This document shows positions 27,002-36,574 of a stretch of DNA of 43,705 nt, in pieces. Each line of letters begins with the position of its first letter. The stretch's first letter is position 1. The position numbers and the translations under genes are program-made. Below the pieces are notes generated by a model. It ran no database searches, had not been told where the DNA came from, and saw only the letters and a program-made list of their open reading frames with translations. The stretch comes from Nitrospirota bacterium. GTDB lineage: Bacteria > Nitrospirota > 9FT-COMBO-42-15 > HDB-SIOI813. The stretch covers positions 1-43,705 of the forward strand of contig JAHFEQ010000002.1 in assembly GCA_023248395.1 (NCBI GenBank), written 5' to 3'.

Positions 27002-27012
27002 GGATGCAGGGG

Positions 27013-27049
27013 GTAGTCGCAGGCTTTAGCCTGCGTTTCAAGACGCAGG
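27013..27049. repeat. REP-like element, family A
   Basis: GTAGTCGCAGGCTTTAGCCTGCGT is followed by an overlapping second hairpin CCTGCG-TTTCAAGA-CGCAGG. Intergenic, between mlaF and mlaD. Confidence 0.85.
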
Positions 27050-27082
27050 GAAAGCAGAAACCGGATAAAGACAGGAGTACAG

Positions 27083-28567
27083 ATGCAGAAAGTTACGACA
27101 GAGCTTAAAGTAGGTCTCTTTGTCATCGTTGCGGTGATCTTGCTTGCCTATATGACCTTCAGGATTGGAGAGCTTACCTTTGGTAAAGAGAAGGGTTATT
27201 TGATCTATGGACTCTTTGATTCCGTTGCAGGGCTGGATATCAAGTCACCGGTTAAACTGGCGGGGGTGGAGATCGGATCGATTGAGTCTATAACCCTTGA
27301 AGACACAAGGGCAAAGGTTGCCATGAAGATTAGGCCGGATATCAGGATTAAAAAGGGGGTTGTCGCTGCCATAAAATCAGAGAGCCTGCTGGGAGAAAAG
27401 TATTTAGAACTGATTCCCGGGAAAGAGGCGGGGGTCTTAAGAGAAGGCGATATCATCTATAAGACACTCAGTGTCGCGGATATGGATAGTTTGATAACCC
27501 AATTGAGTGATGTGGCTGGGGATATAAAGTCCATCAGTGGTTTCTTTAAAGAAACCTTTGGAAAACCTGAGACCCAGAATTCCGTGAATGAGATTATCAG
27601 GAATCTTAGAAATTTGACGGAAAGTCTTTATACCATAACCGAGCGTGATAGTGGAGCTATCGATAAAATTATAAAAAACTTAGGTGATCTGATTGGACAG
27701 ATTAAAGATGTCGCTGAAGAAAACAAGGGACCCTTTAAAAATGTTTTATCAAACTTAGAGAAGATCTCCGGAGAGCTGACGGAAATAGCACAGGAAAACA
27801 GGAGACCCCTCAGGGACACAATGGCCAATCTGCAGGAATTATCAGGAGACTTGAGGGAGAGGGCCCCAAGGTTGCTGAACAAGGTTGACAGGATCGTGGA
27901 CAGGATAGAGAAGGGTGAGGGGACTGTGGGCAAGCTGATGAAAGAAGAGGGCCTGTACGATAAACTTGATTCTACTCTCACGGGGATAGATAAATATGTT
28001 ACAGCGACGGAGAGATTCAAACTTAATGTAGGATTCAGGGGAGAATATCTCTTTAATGAAGTGGATACCAAAGGCTACTTTTCTCTTAAGCTGCAGCCCA
28101 GGGAGGATAAGTACTATCTATTTGAAGTTATAGATGACCCACGAGGGAGGGTAAAGGTAACGGATACCGAAGTGGCTACCACTCCAGGGACTACTGTTAA
28201 GACCCATGAGATAAGGAGGGATGAAAAGTTGAAAGTCAGCGCCCTCTTTGCAAGAAAATTCGGGGATATCATCATCCGGGGCGGGCTCATGGAGAGCACC
28301 TTTGGCTTTGGTGCAGATTACTATATTAAGGGAGAGCAGCTCAGGGCATCCATAGATGCATGGAATTTTAATGGCGATCCGGATGCAAAGAATCCACATC
28401 TGAAGGTTACAGCCAATTATACAGTCTTTAAAAGTCTGTTTATCAATGCAGGCGTAGATGATTTTATAAACTCAAAGATGTCAAGCACCTTTGCAGGCGC
28501 CGGCCTGTCATTTGACGATGAAGACCTGAAATATATATTGACAAGGTTGCCGATCTCGCTGCCATAG
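27083..28567 (+). CDS. MlaD/MCE-domain protein, long form (TM, MCE, helical repeats, beta-rich C-terminal domain)
   Basis: TM LKVGLFVIVAVILLAYMTF. MCE core SPVKLAGVEIGSIESI...SESLLGEKYLELIPG. About 150 aa of helical heptad-like repeats (NLRNLTESL, KNLGDLIGQI, SNLEKISGEL, ANLQELSGDL). About 180 aa of alternating-pattern C-terminus. Confidence 0.8.
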   Translation: MQKVTTELKVGLFVIVAVILLAYMTFRIGELTFGKEKGYLIYGLFDSVAGLDIKSPVKLAGVEIGSIESITLEDTRAKVAMKIRPDIRIKKGVVAAIKSESLLGEKYLELIPGKEAGVLREGDIIYKTLSVADMDSLITQLSDVAGDIKSISGFFKETFGKPETQNSVNEIIRNLRNLTESLYTITERDSGAIDKIIKNLGDLIGQIKDVAEENKGPFKNVLSNLEKISGELTEIAQENRRPLRDTMANLQELSGDLRERAPRLLNKVDRIVDRIEKGEGTVGKLMKEEGLYDKLDSTLTGIDKYVTATERFKLNVGFRGEYLFNEVDTKGYFSLKLQPREDKYYLFEVIDDPRGRVKVTDTEVATTPGTTVKTHEIRRDEKLKVSALFARKFGDIIIRGGLMESTFGFGADYYIKGEQLRASIDAWNFNGDPDAKNPHLKVTANYTVFKSLFINAGVDDFINSKMSSTFAGAGLSFDDEDLKYILTRLPISLP

Positions 28568-28581
28568 TGGCGTGTGGCACC

Positions 28582-30531
28582 TCACTCCTTCTCCTCCATC
28601 AGTCTCGCTAATACCGAGTAGTCTTCCAGAGTCGTGGTATCACCCATTTTCTCTTTCCCATAGGCAATATCCCTCAGAAGCCTTCGCATGATCTTGCCAC
28701 TCCTTGTCTTTGGCAGGCTGTCCGTAAACCGGATATCATCAGGTCTTGCTATCGGCCCAATCTCCTTTGCCACATGTTCTTTTAACTCTTTCTTTAGCTC
28801 CTCTGACGGATTGTTCCCCACTTCAAGGGTTACAAATGCGGAAATGGCCTGTCCTTTGATCTCATCCGGTCTGCCTACCACAGCGGCCTCGGTAACCTTG
28901 GGATGACTCACAAGGGCGCTCTCTATCTCCATGGTGCTTAATCTGTGTCCGGCCACATTCATGACATCATCCACCCGCCCCATGACCCAGAAATAGCCGT
29001 CCTCATCACGCCTGGAACCATCCCCTGTAAAATAGACCCCTGCGATCTCCTGCCAGTACTGTTTTCTGTATCTCTCCGGATCCCCATAGATGGTCCGAAG
29101 CATGGCCGGCCATGGCCTTTTGATCACGAGATAGCCACCCTGGTTAGGCGGCAGGGATTTACCATCCTTTGAAACCACATCGGCTATGATCCCGGGGAAT
29201 GGCCGTGTGGCCGACCCTGGTTTTGTGGGGATAGCCCCGGGGAGCGGGGTGATGAGTATCATCCCGGTCTCTGTCTGCCACCAGGTATCTACGATAGGGC
29301 ACCGCTCTCTCCCGATAAACTTGTGATACCAGATCCATGCCTCAGGGTTTATGGGCTCTCCCACAGTACCGAGGAGACGAAGGCTGCTCAAGTCATGTTT
29401 CATCGGCCACTCTTCCCCATGTTTTGTCAGCGCCCTTATGGCCGTGGGTGCGGTATAGAAGATGTTTACCCGGTACTTATCCACGATCTGCCAGAACCGG
29501 TCTGGCTGAGGATACATCGGTCCCCCTTCATACATCAGGCTTGTGGCGCCATTGGCCAGCGGTCCGTAGAGGATATAGCTATGGCCTGTCACCCACCCGA
29601 TATCTGCCGTACACCAGTAGGTATCTTCATCCCTGATATCAAATACCCACTTTGTGGTAATATAGACGCCGGTAAGATATCCGGCAGTGGTATGGACAAC
29701 CCCTTTAGGCTTTCCTGTCGTCCCGCTGGTGTAGAGTATGAAAAGGGGATGTTCTGAGTCTAATGGAGTGGCCTCACATTGATCGGATGCCTCTCTCATA
29801 AGATCATGCCACCAGTGATCCCTGCCCGGCTTCATTTGGACATTATTGCCGGTGCGGTTCACGACAACCACGTTTTCCACGCCCGGAGCCTTTTCTGCGG
29901 CCTCATCGACCTTTTCCTTAAGGGGGACGACCTCGCCCCTTCTAAACCCGCCATCGGCCGTAATGATAAGTCTGGCACTGGCATCGTTGACGCGGTCTTT
30001 CAGGGCCTCGGCACTGAAGCCTCCAAAGACAACACTATGGATTGCCCCAATCCTGGCGCAGGCTAACATGGCAATAGGCAGTTCGGGGATCATGGGCATA
30101 TAGATGGCGATACGATCGCCTTTGTTGATACCGAGTGACTTCAATACATTCGCGAATTTTGATACCTCACGGTGTAAATCCTGATAAGTAAGGGTCCTTG
30201 AATCCCCTGGCTCCCCCTCCCATATGATGGCCGCCTTATTCTTGCGCCAGGTCTTGATATGCCTGTCGAGGCAGTTATACGAGATGTTGATCTCTCCGCC
30301 CACAAACCATTTTGCAAAAGGTGGATTCCACTCGAGTACTTTATCCCATTTTTTGAACCAGTGAAGTTCCCCGGCAATCCTTCCCCAGAATCCCTCAGGG
30401 TCTGCCTCAGCCTCTCTGTAGAGCCGTTCATACTCTTCTATACTCTTGATATGCGCCTTTTCACTGAACTGTTTTGAGGGCTTAAAGATCCTGTTCTCTT
30501 TAAGGATAGACATGATATCGGCTTCAGGCAT
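28582..30531 (-). CDS. acs: Acetyl-CoA synthetase
   Basis: AMP-binding motif [42 protein letters not shown] and [12 protein letters not shown]. Confidence 0.95.
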   Translation of the reverse strand: MPEADIMSILKENRIFKPSKQFSEKAHIKSIEEYERLYREAEADPEGFWGRIAGELHWFKKWDKVLEWNPPFAKWFVGGEINISYNCLDRHIKTWRKNKAAIIWEGEPGDSRTLTYQDLHREVSKFANVLKSLGINKGDRIAIYMPMIPELPIAMLACARIGAIHSVVFGGFSAEALKDRVNDASARLIITADGGFRRGEVVPLKEKVDEAAEKAPGVENVVVVNRTGNNVQMKPGRDHWWHDLMREASDQCEATPLDSEHPLFILYTSGTTGKPKGVVHTTAGYLTGVYITTKWVFDIRDEDTYWCTADIGWVTGHSYILYGPLANGATSLMYEGGPMYPQPDRFWQIVDKYRVNIFYTAPTAIRALTKHGEEWPMKHDLSSLRLLGTVGEPINPEAWIWYHKFIGRERCPIVDTWWQTETGMILITPLPGAIPTKPGSATRPFPGIIADVVSKDGKSLPPNQGGYLVIKRPWPAMLRTIYGDPERYRKQYWQEIAGVYFTGDGSRRDEDGYFWVMGRVDDVMNVAGHRLSTMEIESALVSHPKVTEAAVVGRPDEIKGQAISAFVTLEVGNNPSEELKKELKEHVAKEIGPIARPDDIRFTDSLPKTRSGKIMRRLLRDIAYGKEKMGDTTTLEDYSVLARLMEEKE

Positions 30532-30625
30532 ACGATCACCTCCGGTTTGAGTTTTCCGATGGCTGATTTTATTATGACTTTCTGTCTATTGTCAATCATA
30601 AAACCAATGTGATAACCTTGACAGC

Positions 30626-31225
30626 ATGAGAAACATTTCAATGACACGGGTTTTAACCTTTTGCCTGATAGTCATATCTTTAGTCTTTTCTCAAAGATAT
30701 CCTTTTTCCAAAAACTGTCATGCTGAACCTGTTTCAGCATCTCTTCAAGGTGAAATTACTATTCTCGAGGATAAGAGATACGTTGATCTCCTTTTGACGA
30801 AGATCAGTGAGGTAAGGAAGGATATCTTAATCAGTATGTATGTTTTTAAGACAACGGATAAAAGGACAAACCCTGCCAACCGGATCATGGATGCACTGAT
30901 AAAGGCAGCAGGGCGGGGTGTAGATGTTAAAGTTTTACTTGAACGGGAATATGAAACGGGATCGTCCATCAATTCTGACAATGAGTATACCGCAAGGAGG
31001 CTCAGACAGGGCGGTGTAAAGGTCTTTTTTGATTCTCCACGGCAGCGGACACATGCAAAGGCCATTGTCATTGACAGGAGGTTCACATTTATAGGAAGCC
31101 ACAATCTTACTTCAAGCGCCCTCCAGTATAACAGGGAACTGTCTCTGATGATCGATTCAGTAGAAGTAGCAGGGGAGACGGCAAGGTATATTGAGGAGAT
31201 GATAAGAAAAACAGGTGGTTTGTAG
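30626..31225 (+). CDS. Secreted single-HKD phospholipase D family protein (Nuc-like)
   Basis: Signal peptide MTRVLTFCLIVISLVFS. A single HKD motif, THAKAIVIDRRFTFIGSHNLT. Confidence 0.8.
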   Translation: MRNISMTRVLTFCLIVISLVFSQRYPFSKNCHAEPVSASLQGEITILEDKRYVDLLLTKISEVRKDILISMYVFKTTDKRTNPANRIMDALIKAAGRGVDVKVLLEREYETGSSINSDNEYTARRLRQGGVKVFFDSPRQRTHAKAIVIDRRFTFIGSHNLTSSALQYNRELSLMIDSVEVAGETARYIEEMIRKTGGL

Positions 31226-31251
31226 CCGCAGGCTTTAGCCCGCGTCCTATG
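31222..31251. repeat. REP-like element, family A
   Basis: GTAGCCGCAGGCTTTAGCCCGCGTCCTATG. Its first bases overlap the TAG stop of the PLD gene. Confidence 0.85.
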
Positions 31252-31267
31252 AAACATCAAAAAAATC

Positions 31268-31297
31268 TTGACATAAGGCAAGGAGTTGGAGTAAATT
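31268..31297 (+). promoter_or_regulatory. Putative promoter of the OMP gene (TTGACA-18-TAAATT)
   Basis: Consensus -35 TTGACA at 31268-31273. The -10 TAAATT at 31292-31297 is weak. Confidence 0.35.
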
Positions 31298-31325
31298 TAA
31301 CTGTCATGTTAACATGGAGGGGCTG

Positions 31326-32063
31326 ATGAAGAAGACCATGCTATCTGTAATTATTGCCTTGTGTATAGTAGTTTTAACCCTATCTATATGTAATGCTGGC
31401 GGTAATGACATTGAGCTTGCCTCGACTATGGTTCAGAAACAGTTCGATGACTTAAGCAAAGAGGTTGGGCTTATTATAAGCTATATCCCCCTTGCGCCTG
31501 CGGAGTCGCTTGGAATCCTGGGTTTTGATATAGGTATAGAAGCAACTGGGGCAAAGATTAGCTCTGGATCGACTTTCTGGGAACTGGCGATATCAGATCA
31601 AAAGCCACCAGACTATATCGTCCTTCCAAAGATCCATGTACAGAAGGGGCTCCCCTTTGGTATTGATGTAGGGGCTATGTATGCCACAGCCCCCGGCACG
31701 AACATTTCGCTATACGGTGCAGAGCTGAAGTGGGCCGTCTTAAAGGGAAGCATCGTCTCCCCTGCAGTCGCTGTCCGTGGGAGTTACACGGCATTAGCCG
31801 GGGTTGCTGATCTGGATGCCTCTACCTATGGACTGGATGCCTCCATTAGCAAGGGTTTTGGGCCGCTCACTCCATATGCAGGGTTGGGTGAGGTCTGGAT
31901 TAAGGCTATCAATAATACTAATTTGCCATTAAACGATGTCAGTACCAGCGCAACCAAACTCTTTTTAGGCGCAAAACTAAAGATCCTCTTGCTCGGTGTC
32001 GTCCTTCAGGCAGACTTCTCAGACATACAGATGTATAGCGCCCGGGCCAACATCAGCTTTTAG
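31326..32063 (+). CDS. Putative outer-membrane beta-barrel protein
   Basis: Signal peptide MKKTMLSVIIALCIVVLTLSICNA (RBS GGAGGGG before ATG 31326). Alternating hydrophobic strands. C-terminal aromatic residue (...ARANISF). Confidence 0.55.
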   Translation: MKKTMLSVIIALCIVVLTLSICNAGGNDIELASTMVQKQFDDLSKEVGLIISYIPLAPAESLGILGFDIGIEATGAKISSGSTFWELAISDQKPPDYIVLPKIHVQKGLPFGIDVGAMYATAPGTNISLYGAELKWAVLKGSIVSPAVAVRGSYTALAGVADLDASTYGLDASISKGFGPLTPYAGLGEVWIKAINNTNLPLNDVSTSATKLFLGAKLKILLLGVVLQADFSDIQMYSARANISF

Positions 32064-32220
32064 TTGATGCTCAAAAATGCCCATCTACGGCGTCAGGACT
32101 GCGGATTTGAGTCTCAACGTACACGGCCCGTTGCATTTCGCTTCGCGAGCAACGGGTACCCCGACGCCTCGACTCAAATCCTTGTCCTTCCTTGTACATA
32201 GGCATTTTTGAGCATCAACT
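32062..32220. repeat. 159-bp imperfect palindrome (MITE-like or rod-shaped RNA)
   Basis: Three perfectly paired segments: 20 bp (32062-32081 with 32201-32220), 11 bp (32103-32113 with 32171-32181) and 8 bp (32127-32134 with 32149-32156). They are separated by near-symmetric internal loops. Sits between convergent genes. Confidence 0.85.
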
Positions 32221-32257
32221 TGAAAATGAAAATTGCTTAAGGATTGTTTTCCACTCC

Positions 32258-33319
32258 TTACTGTAGGGGAAGGGGCCTCTCAAAGTGCTGGCAGACCGCA
32301 TTTAACACATCCTCTATCGATATCTGTTCCATGCAGCTTTCCTTTCCTAAGTTACAGTGAGTATATTTACACGGGCTACAGGGGAGGTATCTTGATATAA
32401 CATAATGCCCCTTTCCCCACGGTCCCCAGACCAAAGGGTCTGTCGGTCCAAATAAGGCAATAAGAGGGGTCCCAACAGCAGCAGCTATATGCATAGGCCC
32501 GCTGTCAGTTCCTATAAACAGGGAAGCCTTCTTGAGTAAAACGGCGAGTTCGAGCACAGTCGTCTGACCGACCAGAGAAAGGACTCTTGCCTTAATCCCT
32601 GACATAATGGTTTGTAGATATTTTATCTCTTTCTGGCCTCCGGTTACGACGACATGAAGCCTTAAATCTTTTTGGAGGATGTCTATCAGAGATGCCCACT
32701 TCTCTGCAGGCCATAGTTTGGACGAGAACCTTGCCCCCGGTTGGATAATAACAAAGTCTTTACCTGAAAGTTGATGTCTCTGCAACCACAGGGCCATACG
32801 ACGATCATCTTCCGGCCCTGTGTATAGTTCTAATGTATCATCTGTCCGAACGAGGCCCATAGTCTTTTCAACAAGCAACAGATTCCGCTCTACTGTGTGG
32901 GACACCCCCTCTCTATGAACCTGATGGGTAAAGATCAACCGGCGAAATCCCTTAGAGTAATGAAAACCGATCCGTATGCCTATTCCGCTTAGAAGCGCCA
33001 TATAGGCGCCCCTCTCTCCGCTATCAAAGTCGACTGAAATGTTATAATGTCCTCTTCGAAGGTCTCTGAGGACCTTCCATTCATAGGGGACCCTCTTGTA
33101 AAAGGGTTTCTTTTCCACCATCTCCCGATCGATAGTGACAATTTGATCCAGGTGGGGATTGTATCGAAGCACATCTTCTGTTCCTTTATTAACAATCATC
33201 GTGATGCTTGCCTTAGGATAGCTTTGTCTGAGCAGGCGGATGGCGGGAGTGGTCATCAGGACATCCCCCATGTATCTGAGTTTAAAGAGGAGGATGGACT
33301 TGACTTCTTGAGGATTCAT
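32258..33319 (-). CDS. Glycosyltransferase family 9 (LPS heptosyltransferase-like)
   Basis: ILLFKLRYMGDVLMTTPAIRLLRQSYPKASITMIV, GTDSGPMHIAAAVGTPLIALFGPTDP. Confidence 0.85.
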   Translation of the reverse strand: MNPQEVKSILLFKLRYMGDVLMTTPAIRLLRQSYPKASITMIVNKGTEDVLRYNPHLDQIVTIDREMVEKKPFYKRVPYEWKVLRDLRRGHYNISVDFDSGERGAYMALLSGIGIRIGFHYSKGFRRLIFTHQVHREGVSHTVERNLLLVEKTMGLVRTDDTLELYTGPEDDRRMALWLQRHQLSGKDFVIIQPGARFSSKLWPAEKWASLIDILQKDLRLHVVVTGGQKEIKYLQTIMSGIKARVLSLVGQTTVLELAVLLKKASLFIGTDSGPMHIAAAVGTPLIALFGPTDPLVWGPWGKGHYVISRYLPCSPCKYTHCNLGKESCMEQISIEDVLNAVCQHFERPLPLQ

Positions 33320-33329
33320 GGGGTCCTTC

Positions 33330-33986
33330 TTAATGGGAATAATTTTTAAGGAACTTTTTTGTAAAAATATCCAGGCGAAGAAGAGGGGCTAAGGCAGACG
33401 CCCAAATTCGATCGGTCAACGATATTTCCGGCGTCGAACTCTCCCTGGTTTTGCGCAGGATCAAAAGTGTATGGACACAGTCTACTTTCTCATAATTAGA
33501 GTTTTTTCTTAAGAACCGGTCTGCCGCAAGTGTGACCCCCCTGACAGAGCTATAGTCATGCAGACAGACAATCCCGCCCTTCCTGAGCAATCTTGTCCAT
33601 CTCAGATCGCCGGTGACATAATGGATTTTGTGCGCCCCATCAATAAATATAAATTCGAAAGACTCACCTCTCTGGTTTGCCTCTATAAATGCCTCACTAC
33701 TTTTTTTGATGCGAAAATCAACTTCTTCAGCAGGGACGCCGTTGTTTTGAAGACTCTTCATAACGGTGTTTAATTGATCCTGAAAGTAGGTCATAGGATC
33801 GACAACCACAAAAGGGGGTCTTTCGTGGTATTCAAATACCTTCATCATACAACAGAGAGTTCCACCGGCCGCCGTTCCAATCTCTAAATGTTTGCCCTGA
33901 AATCGCATTTTCCGGATGATGTCTAACAGAGATGCTAATTCTTTATCCGTTAATTCAGGGGCTAATGTCCTTGCATGCCGTCTCAT
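33330..33986 (-). CDS. Class I SAM-dependent methyltransferase (Methyltransf_24-like)
   Basis: HLEIGTAAGGTLCCMM (motif I), FEFIFIDGAH and GGIVCLHDY. Confidence 0.7.
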   Translation of the reverse strand: MRRHARTLAPELTDKELASLLDIIRKMRFQGKHLEIGTAAGGTLCCMMKVFEYHERPPFVVVDPMTYFQDQLNTVMKSLQNNGVPAEEVDFRIKKSSEAFIEANQRGESFEFIFIDGAHKIHYVTGDLRWTRLLRKGGIVCLHDYSSVRGVTLAADRFLRKNSNYEKVDCVHTLLILRKTRESSTPEISLTDRIWASALAPLLRLDIFTKKFLKNYSH

Positions 33987-33987
33987 T

Positions 33988-35889
33988 CTATTTCAGGAAG
34001 TTGCTGAGTTTTTTGGTTACCTCTAAAAGTTCCTGCCCGCGGGTCATTAAAATTGGCCGTGGCTCTTTGGCCAACTGATATTGCTCCACGTGGACCTCTG
34101 CAGTCCTTGCATTATAAATCTCTGTCGACAGAACCAGTGTAGCGCCAGGATCAATGATCGCAAAGGTATCCCATCCGCTGGAGATGACATAACGGTCTCC
34201 TGTTTCCCCCAGGAGAGATTGTCCGTGAGAGTAGAGGGAGGGGTCCATCTGGCTTCCCATCAATGAAAGCATCGTGGGGACTATATCTAAGTGGCTGGTC
34301 AATCGGGTCACCCTACCTGGTTTCTCTCCGGGAATATATAAAATCAGTGGGACTTTGACCTGATACTCTGAGAAGGCGCTGGTATGCCCATAATAACCCG
34401 CTTCATAAAATTCCTCTCCATGGTCTCCGGTGATTATGACGACTGTAGAGTCTAATAGCTTCTCTTCCCTAAGAGCATTAACAATCTCATTAACGACCGA
34501 GTCGCTGAAGAATACGGCATTACGGTATCTGTTAAAAAGCGGATGATTTTTATCCACCTGTGCATGCGCCTTTTTGACCTCAAAATAATTAATCTCATCC
34601 ACCGCAGGCTGAAACCTGGCAAACTCTTTCGGGTACCGGTAAGGAGCATGAGGGGCATCGAGGAACATGAATGAGAAAAAGGGCCTTTTTCGATCATGAT
34701 TCTTGATGAACTCCGTGAACCTCTTGGCAATCAAGGGATCCCGGTCATCTCCCCCATTCCCAGGGAGTCTGTCTTCAATGGCATCGGGTGGAAGATTCAC
34801 AAATGCCGTTCTCCTGAACTCAGGATAGGATAACTGAGTGCTTGAATAAATCTTGAAATCATAGTCCATCTTTTGCAGCTCATCTATTAATACAGGGGAT
34901 CGTCTCTCTGCCAGAATTTGATGCCAGTAGGTTCCGTATATCCCGTAGAACATAGAATAAATGCCGAATCTCGTGGCATTGCCACCGCTATAGTGGTTCT
35001 CAAATACCAGTGAACTTTCGCTGAACTTCTTGATATGGGGTGTCAGATCTTCATTCATCATATCAAAACGCCAGGAATCGATAGCAATCCATACCATGTT
35101 CATCGGTTTGAGATTTTCTTCCATCCTGAATTCTTTAAGAGGGTAATTAAGAAGACTCGATTTTGCCCGGTATTCAATCGTGCTCTTTTCCTTTTTCCAT
35201 CCCAGATATTTCTCGATCGTTTCATCTGCAAACAGGGGCAGATAGAGGGGAAATAATTTTTGATAGCGGATAATATTGGTCATGTCATAGAAATTGGCAT
35301 AGGCGAAAATGAATTTATCCGTCATAACGACCATGAACACCAAAAGGAACAAAACGACGGGACCCCTTCTTACAAGGCGATGCTGAGAAACCCTCTTTGA
35401 ATGCCGTGAAAAGTACTGGCAGAGGCCCCATAAGCCTCCCCACTCGAGGATCAGAAGTCCTATCAGAATTAGTATCAATAAGGTGATGGTTTTTCTTCCC
35501 AGGTGCACAGAGTCTCCCGCTCCCTCCGTAGTAATCGTGTTAATGACCAGCCCATTGATATGATAACGGAAGATTTCGTATATGTGGACATCGATAAGCA
35601 ATAATACCTGAAAGATAAATAGGATGGTTGGAGGGATCGTAAAGAGTTGGATCCTGGATTTTATGAAACGGGTAAAAGGATAGAGGAGGAGTCCCAGGAC
35701 AATCATAAGGATTGCAAAGGTAGACAGAAAGGCGATATGGGCATAGAGCCATGCCCAGAGGTCTTCAGTCGTAGGGCCATAATAGAGGTAGGGATAGGCA
35801 ATGCACAGAGAGAGAATGTAATTGGCCAGGAGAAAGAAAGATAGTATTTTAAACCGGTTTGGCCTGTTAATCTGATTCATTTTATCCAA
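33988..35889 (-). CDS. YejM/PbgA-like membrane protein (N-terminal TM/DUF3413-like region plus sulfatase-fold periplasmic domain)
   Basis: About 5 N-terminal TM helices. NMVWIAIDSWRFDMM, GGNATRFGIYSMFYG (Thr-type nucleophile region) and VVIITGDHGEEF. Confidence 0.75.
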   Translation of the reverse strand: MDKMNQINRPNRFKILSFFLLANYILSLCIAYPYLYYGPTTEDLWAWLYAHIAFLSTFAILMIVLGLLLYPFTRFIKSRIQLFTIPPTILFIFQVLLLIDVHIYEIFRYHINGLVINTITTEGAGDSVHLGRKTITLLILILIGLLILEWGGLWGLCQYFSRHSKRVSQHRLVRRGPVVLFLLVFMVVMTDKFIFAYANFYDMTNIIRYQKLFPLYLPLFADETIEKYLGWKKEKSTIEYRAKSSLLNYPLKEFRMEENLKPMNMVWIAIDSWRFDMMNEDLTPHIKKFSESSLVFENHYSGGNATRFGIYSMFYGIYGTYWHQILAERRSPVLIDELQKMDYDFKIYSSTQLSYPEFRRTAFVNLPPDAIEDRLPGNGGDDRDPLIAKRFTEFIKNHDRKRPFFSFMFLDAPHAPYRYPKEFARFQPAVDEINYFEVKKAHAQVDKNHPLFNRYRNAVFFSDSVVNEIVNALREEKLLDSTVVIITGDHGEEFYEAGYYGHTSAFSEYQVKVPLILYIPGEKPGRVTRLTSHLDIVPTMLSLMGSQMDPSLYSHGQSLLGETGDRYVISSGWDTFAIIDPGATLVLSTEIYNARTAEVHVEQYQLAKEPRPILMTRGQELLEVTKKLSNFLK

Positions 35890-35892
35890 TTT

Positions 35893-36522
35893 TTATTTCC
35901 TACCCTCGATCAGTATGGTTTTGGCAAAATCTATGTCAAGAAACTTGTGCAGGGGCAGCCCTACAGTGAACCTCATGACCTTTCTTAGGAAGCTGTCGTT
36001 ATACATCCTGAAGACCTGTATGTCCCTGAAACCGGCCATCATCATGAGTGCCCCAAGCTCATCATAGCGGAGCGGGGTCTTGTGAGTCGAGTCCCAGTAG
36101 CGGTGAGGATGAAACAGGTTGGGCGTGCCTGCAAGGATTATCCCGCTGTCGTCCAGTACCTGGTAGCTCTTTTTGAATACTGCAAGGTCCTCTTCCAGCG
36201 TAAGGTGTTCCACAACCTCGAAGAGGTAGACAAAGTCGTATCTGCCGGTGATCTCTTCCAATGTATAGAAGTCCTGCTTGGTTTGGCGGTCTACGTCCAT
36301 GCTGCTGTACTTGACCCCAGGGAAGGCCTTTCTGATCATCGGGAGAAACTTTCTGTCGGATGCGCCGATCTCAAGAACACGTGAACTGTTATTTATGTGC
36401 CGGGATAACCGTGAGAACTCTTTTTTTACTATCCCAATATCCCATATTGTCTTGTACCGTCTCTTTATTTCCAGACGATACTTGTAATACTCGCTCCAGC
36501 TATCCGTAAAACCCATGATCAC
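35893..36522 (-). CDS. Class I SAM-dependent methyltransferase
   Basis: RVLEIGASDRKF (motif I), YSSMDVD, FVYLFEVVEHL and GIILAGTPN. Confidence 0.7.
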   Translation of the reverse strand: MIMGFTDSWSEYYKYRLEIKRRYKTIWDIGIVKKEFSRLSRHINNSSRVLEIGASDRKFLPMIRKAFPGVKYSSMDVDRQTKQDFYTLEEITGRYDFVYLFEVVEHLTLEEDLAVFKKSYQVLDDSGIILAGTPNLFHPHRYWDSTHKTPLRYDELGALMMMAGFRDIQVFRMYNDSFLRKVMRFTVGLPLHKFLDIDFAKTILIEGRK

Positions 36523-36574
36523 ACCCCTTAGATATTTATCCCTCTTTTATCAGTTTCTTCATAGCACGGTCCTC

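Noticed and set aside
32171-32181. GACTCAAATCC resembling a tRNA T-arm (TTCAAATCC).
   Set aside because: No complementary T-stem, acceptor stem or anticodon arm can be drawn. The segment is simply one arm of the 159-bp palindrome.
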